DNA of 63,560 bases, counting the filler, from Platydemus manokwari (taxonomy: Eukaryota), in NCBI GenBank assembly GCA_037951405.1. It is 5 parts of 5 records of this genome, joined end to end, with 100 filler letters (N's around TTAATTAATTAA, not from the genome) between each part and the next. Parts side by side here need not be neighbours in the genome. Positions count along the whole stretch, not along the records: positions 12,076 to 21,953 come from JBBMOY011193655.1; positions 22,054 to 33,704 come from JBBMOY010546663.1; 3 more parts are not named here. One strand, given 5' to 3'. How positions within the stretch are numbered: position 1 is the first letter of the stretch; each line of letters opens with the position of its first letter. This document shows, piece by piece, positions 13,101-26,251 of this stretch. The notes under the pieces are model-generated. The model was not told the origin of the DNA. It saw only the letters and a list, made by a program, of their open reading frames with translations, and searched no databases. Position numbers and translations under genes: made by a program.

Positions 13101-16100
13101 AATAATATCGAAAATGGTAATTGCATTTATTAGTCTCAAAGAAAACACCAACAAATGAGAATTCATGACAACATTTATGTTTATATTAATGATGAAAATC
13201 ATTCAACCGAAAATATAATTTCGAACATTATGGAATAGTATAATGGTTTCTGAATGGAAATGAATACGTTAATTTATAAATTGAAAAATTAATTAAAACG
13301 TCAATTTCTTCATCACATAGAACGGCACCCAATGAAAATTAATTAAAACGAAATCTATTATTTTTATTTAATTATTAATGACAATACCCAATGGTTGACA
13401 AGAATTTTTTCCTTCTAATTGCAACAATCACTTAAGTAAAACAAATCATTTATTCAATGAAAACAAATTATATTGAAGTTTATCAGTATAATTGTGAGAA
13501 TTTTAACGTGGCCGGCCAATCATATGGATCTGATTCTGAGCAGATCACCACCAGAAAAGTATAAAAGATATGATAAAACTAAATAAAACTTTATTAGTGA
13601 AGCTTGATTTATATTAATATTTTATTGTATTGCTATTTATAGAAATTCTATTCTGTGAAAATCTGAAGATTAGCAAACACCAAAACGTACGGAGATAATT
13701 GAATTTATTAGTTAAAATATGAGGGCCTTACATGCAACGTTTAAATGAACTACGAGAAATATTTATCAAAGATAAACAAATTAACATTACTATTTTCACC
13801 GCAATTGATTAGCTAAATTGTCCTCAAATTTGAATTAACAATAAATCCTCGAAACGCTTCTTATAAATCTATTAATTGATAATTCTGATTCTAACAGAGA
13901 ACTGGTTCAAAAAGGATCAGTTCCTGATAAATATTCTACGTGACCGTGTTTTAAGTTTGCTTCATTGCTTGTGTGTATAAGTCGTGATTGGTAAATGGTG
14001 GTCATCGAAGTTTGATTCTAATATTTACATCCCTGTCGATGCGTGGGTTGTGCTGGTGATCATTTTTGTTGGCCTTTAATTATTTAAATATTCTTTTGTA
14101 ATTATCATCTTATTGTTAATTTTTTTGCGTTTTATTTCCTTAGTATATATTTTTTTATTAATTAGTATGTTGTTTCCTTTTAAATTATTAATATATTTTT
14201 CCATTAATTTAATTTTTTGCCATCATAATTCAACTAACTCTTATTACCTCCTTAAATAAAAATAAAATGATAAAATAGAATAAAATATTCAATAACAATT
14301 TTTATCAACTTTTCACTAACGTGAATAAAGGAATCATGAAGTAAAATAAAGCAATTTTGATAAAGTTTTATCAATGAAATGTTAAAATTAAAATCGTAGA
14401 ATAAACGATATTGGTTTAGCACGACACGTTTTTGCAACAGGATTTCGGGATTGAATTTAGAGTTAATTAGCTTGCTGATTTAAATTCAAAACTTATTTGG
14501 GAGATGGCTAAACTGTTTTTGAGATTTATAGGCTTATTTATGGGTTTGATTTATTTTGGATTGGGCTCCAACAATTAAAGTGATAATATTAAATAGAAGA
14601 TATGTTAATATTACGATATATACATGATCGATTTATTTGGTTTGAATATTTTTATTAAATATACTTCAATGTTGAACTTCTTAATTCGTTCGAAATTGCT
14701 ATGTATGAAATATTAGCAGCTAATAATTATTTTTTTTCTTTTGTTGGCTAATTATGTAATTTCATTTATCCACTATAAATTTAGCCAGTCATCTGTTTTT
14801 CATTATTTATAAAATTAAATGAAAATGATAAAACAATTCCGGTTTTAAAATAAATATTTCTGTTTTATTAATTAATGCTTCAGTATTATTATCAAAACTT
14901 ATTGATGATCTGTGGTGTTAGGTTTGTTACACACTCTACCAGAACATTTAATCAACACCAAATCAACAAAACACTCGCGATTATTTAAAACTATTCAATC
15001 ATCATTGTCTCTGACCTTATACCGAATTTTTTTTCATTATTATTGAAGTAATATTTCTCTAATCTACCATCTAATTAATCGTTTTATTTCTTTCTCAAAA
15101 AGAATTCTTTTAACTATTGAACATTGGTAAATCTTTTAGAAGATTTCTTTTCAAACTCCGAGGCCTTTAATACTTTCAAATCCTAATTTCGATAATTGGT
15201 TTCCTTTATAATCTCGTCATTTATTGATTTTCTACAATATTTTGATAAATTAAATCCACACAGTATTCAGCCTATATTAACTTATATTTTAATTAAATTC
15301 CTTTTTCAGTTTCTTATATATTATTATTTATTTTACATTCCAATTGCTTATTCCAAAAACTCCATTTATTTCTAATGCTGTCTGATTTTTAGAGAAATAT
15401 ATGTTAATATCTAAATAAGTTATTTAAATTACCATTGAAGTTGTCTGAAGCTACCGAAACTAGTCAATATATATTTAGTAAGTCTATAAAAAAAGTCTGC
15501 AATGATAATATTCAACTTCATTCTCAATATGATACATTATTTTGTGCTGAAATGATGATTGTTTTAATCAATCATAAATATTTATCGATTATCTTTTTGA
15601 TACAGAATAACCGATAAAAGAAATTGGTTTCTTCGTGGCAAAATTCCGTCAGATAATTAATCGATCAGATAAAGAAACTCCTAAATAAAATAGTAAATAT
15701 AAAGTGCAAGAGTAAAGTCCATTAATTCACGTCATATAAGGGAATTTACAATTTCAAAAATCTTTTTTTTCCTAATAATTGTTAGATCATGTTATTATGA
15801 AATCACACTGTTGATAAAGTAAATTAAAATTCACTCCAACACATTAAAATAGAACAGGAAAATCACAGTCACCATCATAAAATAATCAACAATCGAAAGT
15901 CAGATAACAAACGATTTCAGTAACCGAAAGATGAAGTTCGAAAAATATACACTGAGGATTACATCCCGTGATAAACTGATAATTCTTACCAAGAACTCGA
16001 TTGCACTATTAAAATGATTCATTTAAACAAAATATTCCAGAATATTTTTTAAATTGTTTTATTTAATTTTTAGCATCTCTGTTCTGAAATTTCCAATCCA

Positions 16101-16184
16101 AAATGATTTAATAAAAGAACTTTATATTTAAAACAACAACAGAGTTTTGATTCCATTCTCTCTATAATAATATTCTCTATAAAT

Positions 16185-16515
16185 TACCACCATGTATGAG
16201 ATTAATATTTTATACTTGCCCAATTTATACTCGTAGTAGTATATTTGTCGATAATCTTGATACGACATGCTTTAGGATAACACAAAATTACACGATTTAT
16301 ATACATTATAGATAAACTATATTTACTTACTTTAATAGAGCATAAAACAAGCTTTCCAGAGATGTATAACACCACGTATGACAATGTAAATAAACTGAGA
16401 ATAATATAGATTAAAAAAATATAACCTCCAATTATGCATTTCATATCGATCAACCTAATAGAATGTTTAAATGACACTTTAACACAGAACACATGAATTG
16501 TATTAGAGTTCGACA
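16185..16515 (-). mobile_element. Putative LTR (16515-16193) with PBS-like TGGTGG
   Basis: The minus strand reads TGTCGAAC...CTCATACA-TGGTGGTAA, i.e. TG...CA then TGG. No partner LTR was identified. Confidence 0.4.
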
Positions 16516-16519
16516 ATAT

Positions 16520-19500
16520 ATAAAGATTTATTTATACAACAACTTTTTAATGACACAAGTCAGACACTGTCTGACACCTTCACCACTAATTGGCAGGAAA
16601 TATTATCACAGCTTCGCTCTTTAATCCTCGGCACGCTTTCCTTTTTTCGTCATTGTTCATCCGAGTTCTTTGAACACCTCTTCATTCTCAGAATCTGCAA
16701 ATTCGTCGTCAGAGATGTTATTGTTCTGATCTGATTCGGTCCTGTGCTTTGAATAGAAAGTTGCTTTCCCTTGGTGAAATTGCCACTGTTGATATGCTGA
16801 GTTGATGTTGGACCTGATGCACTCATATCTTATCTTTTCAGTAATATCTCTTTTGAAACCTAGTTTGCGTAATACGGTTTCATTTTTTGATGCCCATGTC
16901 CCCAGTACTCCGATCACATAGGTATGAAATTCCACCGTCCAACCTGGTTTGGCTTTCTTCACTTCTCCGTAGATTTTCGTATTTTTGTAGGTTGGCTTCA
17001 TCCGCGTTGTTCATTAGTCGAGGTTCATCCATGGGGCATTTGACGTTAACTAGATAGATACAGCTCGTCCTGGTATTAATTGCTTGCAAATCAACCCTCA
17101 GCTTTGATCCGGTAAATTAGCAGGATTTTTCTACGTGCACATCATTTTCAGAAAAGTTATTGCTGTATTTGGCCAAAATTTCCATTATTAGAGTATGCCG
17201 ATTGAGGATATATGAATGTGACACATTACACTTAGTGAAAACATGTGTCTGGGATTCTACTTCATACAAGCATTTTCGACATTGTTGACCCAGCATGAAC
17301 TTCTTGTTGAGAGTTGCCAGTGTGTCAGACCGTGCTTGATGCACAAAGGGAAACTCTGCTATTGAAAGTCCTCCGTTTTACACAATTTTTTTCCATATTA
17401 GAGTTATTTCCGGCAATATCTTTGCGTATCTGCCACATCGAATTTGCTTGGCCCAGTGAAGTTGATAACTTCAGTTGAAGCATTGTCGGAGTAGTTTTGG
17501 CAGTTTTTTCAGGTTCTTTTGGCCCAGTGATTCTTTTTTGATATATTTCCGTCTTTTGTGCTGATGCATTGGTAGATTCTGACACCAATCTCTCCATCAA
17601 TGATTTGGAAGTTGACTGTGGTGAACATTTTGACTTATGCATATCTGATGGACTCACTAATTTCGTCCCACCACGAGTGCTTCTTTTCTCTGGTCTCTGG
17701 ATGGGAATTTAAACAGTTTAATGATTCCGCAAAGTTTTCAGCAGATGCCTTCTGTAAGGACTCTTTTGCAATTTCCCTGATAATTTTTTGTTTACTGTTT
17801 AAAATTGCTAGCCTGTTTGATATTGATTGGATTGTAAATTCCGCTACTATGCTTTGCAATCTACAGCCACCGTTTGATTTCGTCGAGTACAAGAAGTACG
17901 TTGAGCAACATTTTGGTACAATAATTATCTTTTTTCAATATTTTCCGAAATTGGGTGTCCAACCTCTCCAGCTTAGTATATGTAACATAGTAAGTCCTGG
18001 AGAAAAATATCACTTTGCTATGAACAAACATACTGTAGTCATGAAATTTTTGCCATGGTAGCAGAATACAGTTAGCAAGTTTTTCTGATAACGATTTTAG
18101 TTCAACTTCAAGACTCTCGATTGAATTATACAGATAAAGGGTAAAGGGGTTACCCCTAAATATCTGTAATGTTCTTCTAATTGCATTTGTGGTATTTGCT
18201 GGCCATTGATTTGAAGGCTATTAGTCGGTTGTTTCGATTTCATGTTCCACACATGACCACACTTGTTTGGTTTGAATTTTATGCTCAATTGGTCAACGAT
18301 TGGCAAAGACTGGTTAATTAACATTTGGCATTCTTCGCAACTATTACAGATAATGGCAATATCATCGGCATAGGCTAGTGATGTGATTCTTTGACTCGCT
18401 AGCATGATTCCACAATTTTTTTGAGTGTTCCTTTTGGATTAATACCGGGTTTATGGCAATATTAAAAAGAAGCATTGAGATTGGGCAACCTTGTCTAACG
18501 CCTATTAATACTTATGAAACCGATGGTATAGCTCTTGCACTGAAACGCTGTTTGACAATTGTCGTAGAGACTTTTGATTACCTGAATTGATGTTGCGCTG
18601 AGACCCATCTTATTCAAAATAATGAATAGCACCGCGTTACTGACTGATGTAAAAGATTCCTCAATGTCAGGAAAGCAAAAATGAATATTGTTTTTTGTCC
18701 TCTAGTATAGTTTCTCTATAGCAGCCCTAAGAACGAAATTATGTTCGCTGCAACCATCAATCGGTCCAAGGCTTTTCTGGAAAGGATGGAGAAGATTGCT
18801 TTCATTGATCCACAAATTTAGTTGTCGGCATAGCAGACTGGTGTATATTTTGTAAGCACAGTCTATGAGTGCAATCGGTCGCCATACCCCACTTGATGAT
18901 ATTGGCCTTGTTTCATGGGTTTGGGAATCATTGTGGTAAAGTATTTGTGTATTCATCCGGGATAGTTTCCGTGTCCAGGCATCTATTGCATATTGTTGTT
19001 AGTGCTTCTGTATTTGGATCTGCATATATCATGTTACGATGCGTTATTTTGTTTCTTCCTGGTGCACTCGGGTTCTTGTTCGTTAGTATTGAATGTGTTT
19101 CTTCAATATCGAAGTTCCTCAATTCGTATTGTGGTCCTTTTTTGATAAGATTGTTTAGTATACAAGCGTTTTCGCATGGTTTTGAACACGAATTAATGCA
19201 CTTATCTATTTTTTGAGTTTCTTCTTGCTTTCCTCTATAATGATTTTCTAAGTCTTCTTTGGATGGGCAGCAATCGGCGTCATCCGAATTTGTAGCCAGT
19301 TGAAATGCTGTTGCTGGTGCAATTTTATATAGTTTTAGTAGACACAGATCAGTTTGTCCCCTATCACTTGAGTGGTCATTTTGTCCCATATATTGTTTGG
19401 TTTCATCTTTGATTGCACATAATTCTCTGATGAATTTTGTGAACATCTTATACATATCATCGATTGTGGCATTTTCCATTTTGGTGCAGAGTTCTGTAGC

Positions 19501-20236
19501 TAGAAACCTTCTGGTTTCAATGGTAGATGGTGGATTACTGTTTGTTGTTGGTAATAAGAGTGTTCCCAGGTTCTTTCTTTTATCTTCGATCTCTATTATT
19601 AGTTTTAACACTTTCTCTTCAATGATTTTCACGTTGATTTTTTGTAAGTTAAGATTGGTACAGATATTCTTCATATAGCCAAATACAATCTGACCACTGT
19701 CCCCAAATTGTGTTAGTGTTAGCCGAAATTGATTGTGATTCATCTCAACAAATGTACTTGGTTTCCAAAGAAATATGCTGAGATTTTTGTTGGCATTGGC
19801 AATTAATTGTTGATGTTCTTCTGTGATGTTGTCTGACATCGGGTCTATTAGTGAAATTGTTTTTTTTTTTGACATCGATCTTTAAGAGTGTCCACTGTTT
19901 CGATTTTAGCAATGCCAGAAGTCTAGATTGTCAATAATATCAGTAACTTTGTTCTGAATAATTGCTTCACTGATAAATGGATCGAGAACAAGATTTCTAC
20001 TGTATCGGAATTCTATGGTTGTTATCAAACGCATCTGCTTCTCTGAGAATAATACGTAATCTACTTTGTTTTGCAGGAATCTGCGCCTCCTCATATCTTT
20101 GATAATCGTTTCATAATTGACCGGTTGACATTCCGCACCTTTTGACGAATTTCTTTGATTGTCCCGACAAAGAGCGTCCAGTGGGTGTTGCATATATTGA
20201 CTGGAGCGAGAATTGTAGCGATTTCATTTGAGATTT
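16520..20236 (-). mobile_element. Degenerate RLE-type non-LTR retrotransposon (NeSL/R5/R2-like group), one frameshifted ORF with RT, CCHC zinc knuckle and RLE
   Basis: In order on the minus strand: SAPG (RT0), WRPIALIDCAYKIY, HPFQK..P.DGCSEHNFVL, GVRQGCPIS, LAYADD, FKPNKC, YRYLGV, LY....GG..L, CRKC....ESQTHVFTKC, RH, LRVDL...YLVNVKCP, VIGVLGTW, then a short 3' UTR with AATAAA (16532-16527). Confidence 0.92.
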
Positions 20237-20803
20237 TTAAAAATCATGTATGGCATAGGATAATAGATGCTAATTTTTCATTTTAGAATCAGAAGAAAAT
20301 TCGATCGAGGAAAAAAACTTTATTTAGGTCTTTTTTTACATATCCTATTTTCTATTTTAGAATTTTGGTTTGGTCAGCGGTGAAATCCGGAATACCTTTG
20401 GAATTGGATGGATGAATTTGGATCAGAAGAATTTCAAAGATTTATTGCAACAACATAAAATTTTTCTCTCCTAATAAAACTGTAAAATGACAGTAGTCTT
20501 AGTCACTCGGAGTATAGGTCGATACATTATTATAACAAGCACTAAGGTGTTCACCGCTTCCCTGATCCAAATTCAGCCATCCAATTTCAAAGGTATTCCG
20601 GATTTCACCGCTCACCAGGCCAAAATTCTAAAATAGAAAATACGATATGTAAAATAAGACCTAAATAAAGTTCTTCACGATCGAATTTTCTTCTGATTCT
20701 AAAATGAAAAATTAGCATATATTATCCTATGCTCTATATGATTTTTAACACATGATTTACTCCATGGCGTGAATTGATCTTTGAATTTTGATAGACACTA
20801 CCC
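20237..20803. mobile_element. Foldback/MITE-like element with ~190-bp inverted arms (20237-20426 and 20562-20748) and a 135-bp spacer
   Basis: The arms are near-perfect reverse complements, e.g. GCGGTGAAATCCGGAATACCTTTG vs CAAAGGTATTCCGGATTTCACCGC. The right side continues to a possible terminus GACACTACCC-(TA)n at 20803. Confidence 0.85.
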
Positions 20804-21828
20804 TATATATACTGTTTCTCAATACACCCTACTATAATTGATAATGACTGCTCTAAACCTTAAAGATCAGGTTACCGACGTAAAATGCCCACATTACTCT
20901 GGTATATTATACATTTGCAAAAGGTGAACTCATTAAATGATAGAGATAAATAAAAATATTGATGTTCGAAAGATGAATGTATTAAATGAAAACAAAAAGC
21001 AATCATGAGAATTAATAATAAAATCATTATTAATGTAAAAATATCTGTTATCATTTTATATAGAAGAAGAAAATTTTTTAAGGAATTGAAATTGTATTAA
21101 ATAATATTAAAATACTATGAAGTGGATTTATTTCAAAAAACATACCATTTTTCACTTTCAGATTATTTTTTAGATAAAACGAAACTGTGGTATTAATTTG
21201 GTCTCTATTTGATTTTCAAATATAAGTTTCTAGAAATATTTTTTGTAAAATTACTTGATAAATAATAATTATTTGTTATATTTTATTTAGGAACTTGATT
21301 TCATAAGAGTGCATCACTCTTAAGATTTACTAAAATGACTTTGAAATTCCGGTAAAGAAAAATTTCTTATATATTTTTACGATAAAGTATATCTATTTGA
21401 TAATATTTTACTATTACTGATGCAATAAATTTTGATTGTCACCACTTTCTTGTTTATAAAAATATTATTTTTAGCTGCATGCTAGAAATTGAATATTTTG
21501 CTTTCAATATTTCTATGTCATTAGTGAAATTCATTTCATAGAATAATCTTTCTGATTTTGAAGATATACAGACTTGATGATTTATAAATGATATCTTTAC
21601 CATGTTCTTTCAGGTCGTTATATGTTTTATTTCCTTTAAACGATATTTGGATAGTGCTTGGAGTTCGTCTTAAATACTTAAAGCGGCGTTATAAATATCA
21701 TTTGGATTGAGAATATCAACGAATCTACCATTTTATTTAAAGTTAGATAAAAATTAGTTTTCTTTAAATATTCGAAAAAACACTTGTGGATTTTTAAATT
21801 ATAAATTTTGATGGAAACCAATGATGTT

Positions 21829-21953
21829 TGTTAGCCGCTACTACTATTTTTAAAAACCACAAACTAAAATCAAACTAAAAAAGTCAAGACACAATCAATT
21901 CTATTTTAAATCCAAATATTTAAACAAATATTTTCAATTTTACCTTAATTTAA
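21829..21953 (-). mobile_element. Truncated copy of the short LTR-like family, cut by the contig end
   Basis: TGTTAGCCGCTACTACTATTTTTAAAAACCAC...GTCAAGACACAA...AAATCCAAATATTTAAACAAATA closely matches 2266-2390. Confidence 0.7.
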
Positions 21954-22053
21954 NNNNNNNNNNNNNNNNNNNNNNNNNNNNNNNNNNNNNNNNNNNNTTA
22001 ATTAATTAANNNNNNNNNNNNNNNNNNNNNNNNNNNNNNNNNNNNNNNNNNNN
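21954..22053. other. Artificial contig linker
   Basis: N44-TTAATTAATTAA-N44. Confidence 0.95.
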
Positions 22054-23351
22054 ACATGATAATTTGAAAAGCATATAAATACTTCAATAAATTTACTTTT
22101 CGATAATGACTGTTGGTTAAAGAAGCTAATGAAGAAGAGCAGGGAAAAAAGTTGCCAAGGTAATTGTATTAATAAATGCTAATCTAAATTAACTTAATAA
22201 AATTAATATGATACGTTTATTGCAAAATAATTGTGAATAATTTGAGTTTCCATTATAGCATTTTGATAACCAAAATGCGAAAACATGACTTCCGATTACG
22301 TCCATGCAGTAAATTACTTCTTTAGTTTCATATTTTTACGTGCCAAACAATTTTCGCACCACTTTTCATGCAGTAAATTTTTAAGTTAAAATCAATTTTC
22401 ATTTTGAAATATCTATGATGATTAAAAATTTACTAACCCGTTAAATAAAGTTTTGAATAATGTTACTGGAACAATGTTACTCCGATAATCAAGTTGACTT
22501 TTTTATCATTCAAGTAAAAGTTTAATTGCTAATGATGATACTTAATAAAATCAAATCTTATTCAATTCTTAACCGTAACAAATATATTGATAATTCATTA
22601 GCAAAATTCAATTACCTTTTCGAATCAAAATTGTCCCAATAAGAAGAATCGGAGTAAATAAATTTATCATTCGACAAGAATTGTTTTAATTTTATGATAA
22701 TTATGAAAAAATCAGGCTCATATCGATTGGTTGTACTTAAAACTGATTCCAAATTGATCATTGAATTAAAATGTTGGACGTAATTTTTTTTTGTCTAAGA
22801 TATTCTCATTATCATTATTTTGATTTCAACTTGGGTGTATTTTGTGGCGAATTGTAATGTTAATTGTTGAATTTTAGATTGTCAAACTTATACTAATCCA
22901 ATTTGCGAAAGCAAAAATTTATCAATCTTGATGATTTTAATGTCCACCATCAATGTGTCTGATTAGTTGAGGTTCTAATTGACAGTTGAAGATTTTTTCA
23001 AAATTTTTATTTCACATTGCATTGATATTTATTTTTAAATGAATTGAAATATATTGGATGTAATAAATTTGAGATGTATTTGTTTTCATTTCTGACAAAT
23101 TCAATTTGTTATGATTTTGTCTGTAATTTAGTTCATTTCAATCAGTGTGAGATTCATTGTAGTACGATTTGTGAGATTGATTTATTGCAATATTCATTTT
23201 TCATGGTGGATGGTTTATAATAAGAAATTTTTGTTTAAATATAGATTTATCTATTCGTTCGGAAAAAACTGTTTTTATAAGGCACACAAGCTGAATGTGA
23301 GACGAGTTTGGTTAAACAAGAGATAAATAATAGTCGTGGTTTATCAGGATA

Positions 23352-23740
23352 TTTTGATGGTTTAAAATATTAAAATCTAACAGTATGACAAGACAGAATG
23401 ATAATGATGCATTAATGTATTTAAACACATTTTTCACTAAAAACAAGCATCTATATGGTATTCATATTGTTATTTTCTGTTCCATGAAGTGTTTTTAAGA
23501 TGAGGCCTACCATCTGAGAGGTTTTATTGGAAAATCTATCCTTAATTGTTAATTTCTATAATTTTTTTTTCCACCAAGCATTCGACAAAATTTTCAAAGT
23601 TTTTTGATTATTTAAAATATTAAAATCAAACAGTATAACAAGACAGAATGAGAATGATGCAGTAATGCATTTAAACACATTTTTCAGGCAAAAATGGTCA
23701 TCGTATTATTAGAGCTAGATACGGTATCTATATTGTTATT
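23352..23740 (+). repeat. Direct repeat of ~95 bp with a ~250-bp period
   Basis: TTTAAAATATTAAAATCWAACAGTATRACAAGACAGAATGAKAATGATGCAKTAATGYATTTAAACACATTTTTCA at ~23361 and ~23611. Confidence 0.85.
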
Positions 23741-26251
23741 ATTTCAAATCTCAACCGAAATGCAGATTTTTTGTGACCTTGATGTGCATCTAGCATAATT
23801 CATTCTGATTTTCCCTTTAATTATTTGAACTTATATTTCATCAGATTTGAATTTTTGGTTCAAGAGAAATTTCATTTGATCTTAATGCTGTTGGTGAGGG
23901 CTATCATCATCGATTTATATACAAGCCTATTTCTATTATTGTTTCATCAATTTGGATACTTGAGTCATGAGTTCCTGAAGAAAATTAGCCAATTTCAGAA
24001 GAAATTTTTAACACCCAAGGTTATTCGTCTTGTTAAATTATGTAAAAATGATTGGTCATCCTGCACTCGATTTCATTGTTTCATTAAAATAGTTAACTTG
24101 TTTTGTATATACAATTGAACTGGGTTATTATCATCTCATCCATTCCATAAACAATAGTGACATTATTCAAGTTTAATTTAAAAATATAGTTTCAACTCTT
24201 TAATAACCAATAGAAAATCATTACAAACTAAATACAAGTAAAGCATAATCTCAGATTCTCCTGAAACTAGAAGTATTTTTGTTCATCAGCTATAGTTAGT
24301 TAAACTGTTACTCTATTAGTGTCAATGAATGTCAAACTGTTCTTTGTAAATTATGTGCTAACTTTTTTATCAATCCAGCCAATCAAATTTAATCTTATTT
24401 TTTGAATGTTTCAATAAAAGAAATTTTGAAACATTTTAGTTATATGATAAGGATGTGGCCCAACACTTATGAGTTAATTAGGTTGGGCGAGTCTAAATAT
24501 TAATAAGTAGTGGAAATCAAATAAATGTATATTCGCAACTGCTAAAACAATATTACGAAATGATGTTGGGGTTTGTAGGATGTTAGAATTAACAGAAACC
24601 CATGGACAATGATTTGATTAATGTTTTTTGCATGTATTGATGCGTAGAAGTATTAATTATTATTGAATTAGAATTAAAGTCGTTTCAGGAAAATAAAATA
24701 AAATTCCTTAAACTAATATTTCCTAAATTTACCCATTGAAACAAATAAATATTGGTACCTAATAAGATGCGGCATTACCTGTTTAAATAACCTTGATTAA
24801 AAAATTCCGTCAAATAAAATTATCTAATAGATATCAAGGATAAGCTTTGAACTATCGTGCAGAGATCAGTATAATCGCGGAGACTTTTCGCTGCTTGACC
24901 AAATGTAACAGCAGATAATGTCTATTTGAGAGAAATAATCATAGCATATAAAATACATTCCGTGCATTAAAAAATAATCGGAGATAATTTCTATGAAAGA
25001 TTCATCAAGCTCTAAATAAGGTAGTGGTTACATGCACATTTAGATAGTTACTGATACACAAACCTAATAATGCTGTGATTACATAATATCACGATTTCAT
25101 AAACTCAGATAAAAATAGGGAAGATTGCTCCTTATCGGCGATCAAGAATCTGTTTATGTCCAGTTTACATAACTCCAAGACCTAGTAACGTAAGCGCTAA
25201 GTACATTCCAAAATCATCTATAAAAATCTATAATTTTTCTATTTATCGACCTGACTGTCTCATTCTTTAATCTGATTTTGTCGGAATGCTACAAAGGGTC
25301 TTACAATTTACAATTCTCTCAAAAATTAACCTTTAGTACGAATTGTAAAATTGCTTGAATTATTGCTTGATGTTTTGTATAATTTTTTTTATTTTTTTGG
25401 TGTTTGAGTTCGACTTTTGCTTTGACTTTTTAAAGAGCACTCGTGGATATGAATTCAATCTCCAAAAATTCCAGTTTCTGATATAAACATTGAATATAAA
25501 TAAGATATAAGGCCCAAACGTGACATTTTAAAATTTCTTTTTAAATACTCCTATTGCTTTCCTAATTTAATTAATTTTTTTAAATATATTTTAGTTTTAT
25601 TTATAGTATTATTATGTAAATATTATTAATAAAAAAATTAACGAATTGTAACTAAAACTACTAAAATAAAAATATCATGTATAATCTTTTCATTTAAGAT
25701 TACCGTCTTTTTAACGGGCTCCACATTTTATGCATTCACAATAGAAAATATTGGAATGATCATGAATAAACAATAAGAATTTACTAAACAATAAAAATTC
25801 AGGGACGGGGATTTTCCAGTGCAAATATTTATGCTTTATTGTCATGGTGAATATTTTATCGCTTCACATTGGATAATGGTTTGAGTGACATATTGGAAAA
25901 TGTTTTGGAAACTGTTTTTAAAGAATATTTTAGAAATCAGTGTAAAATGTTTCAGAAAGCTATTGTATAATTATTCTTAGAGGTCTCTGAAATCCAGTAT
26001 GAATCACTTAAAATGAAGCTATTAGAAATCAAATTCTTCATTAAAATTAGGAATACAGCTGCAAAGATACACTAATAACTTCATGAGAAATTATATATGT
26101 ATGAAATTACAATAAATAAGCAGTGTGTTTACCAAGAATTCATATAAAGTTCGTTCACGTAAACTCGAGAAAACTTTTCATACAACAAAAAGCTAATACG
26201 CCACAACACGACAATTATTTGACAAAATAATGATTTATGAGTAGCACCACA

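Noticed and set aside
13493-13640. TGTGAG...CCAAT...TATAAAAG...AATAAA LTR-like segment
   Set aside because: No defined CA end, partner or second copy in the window.
17600-19678. Plus-strand ORFs overlapping the retroelement
   Set aside because: Antisense shadows of the RT ORF.
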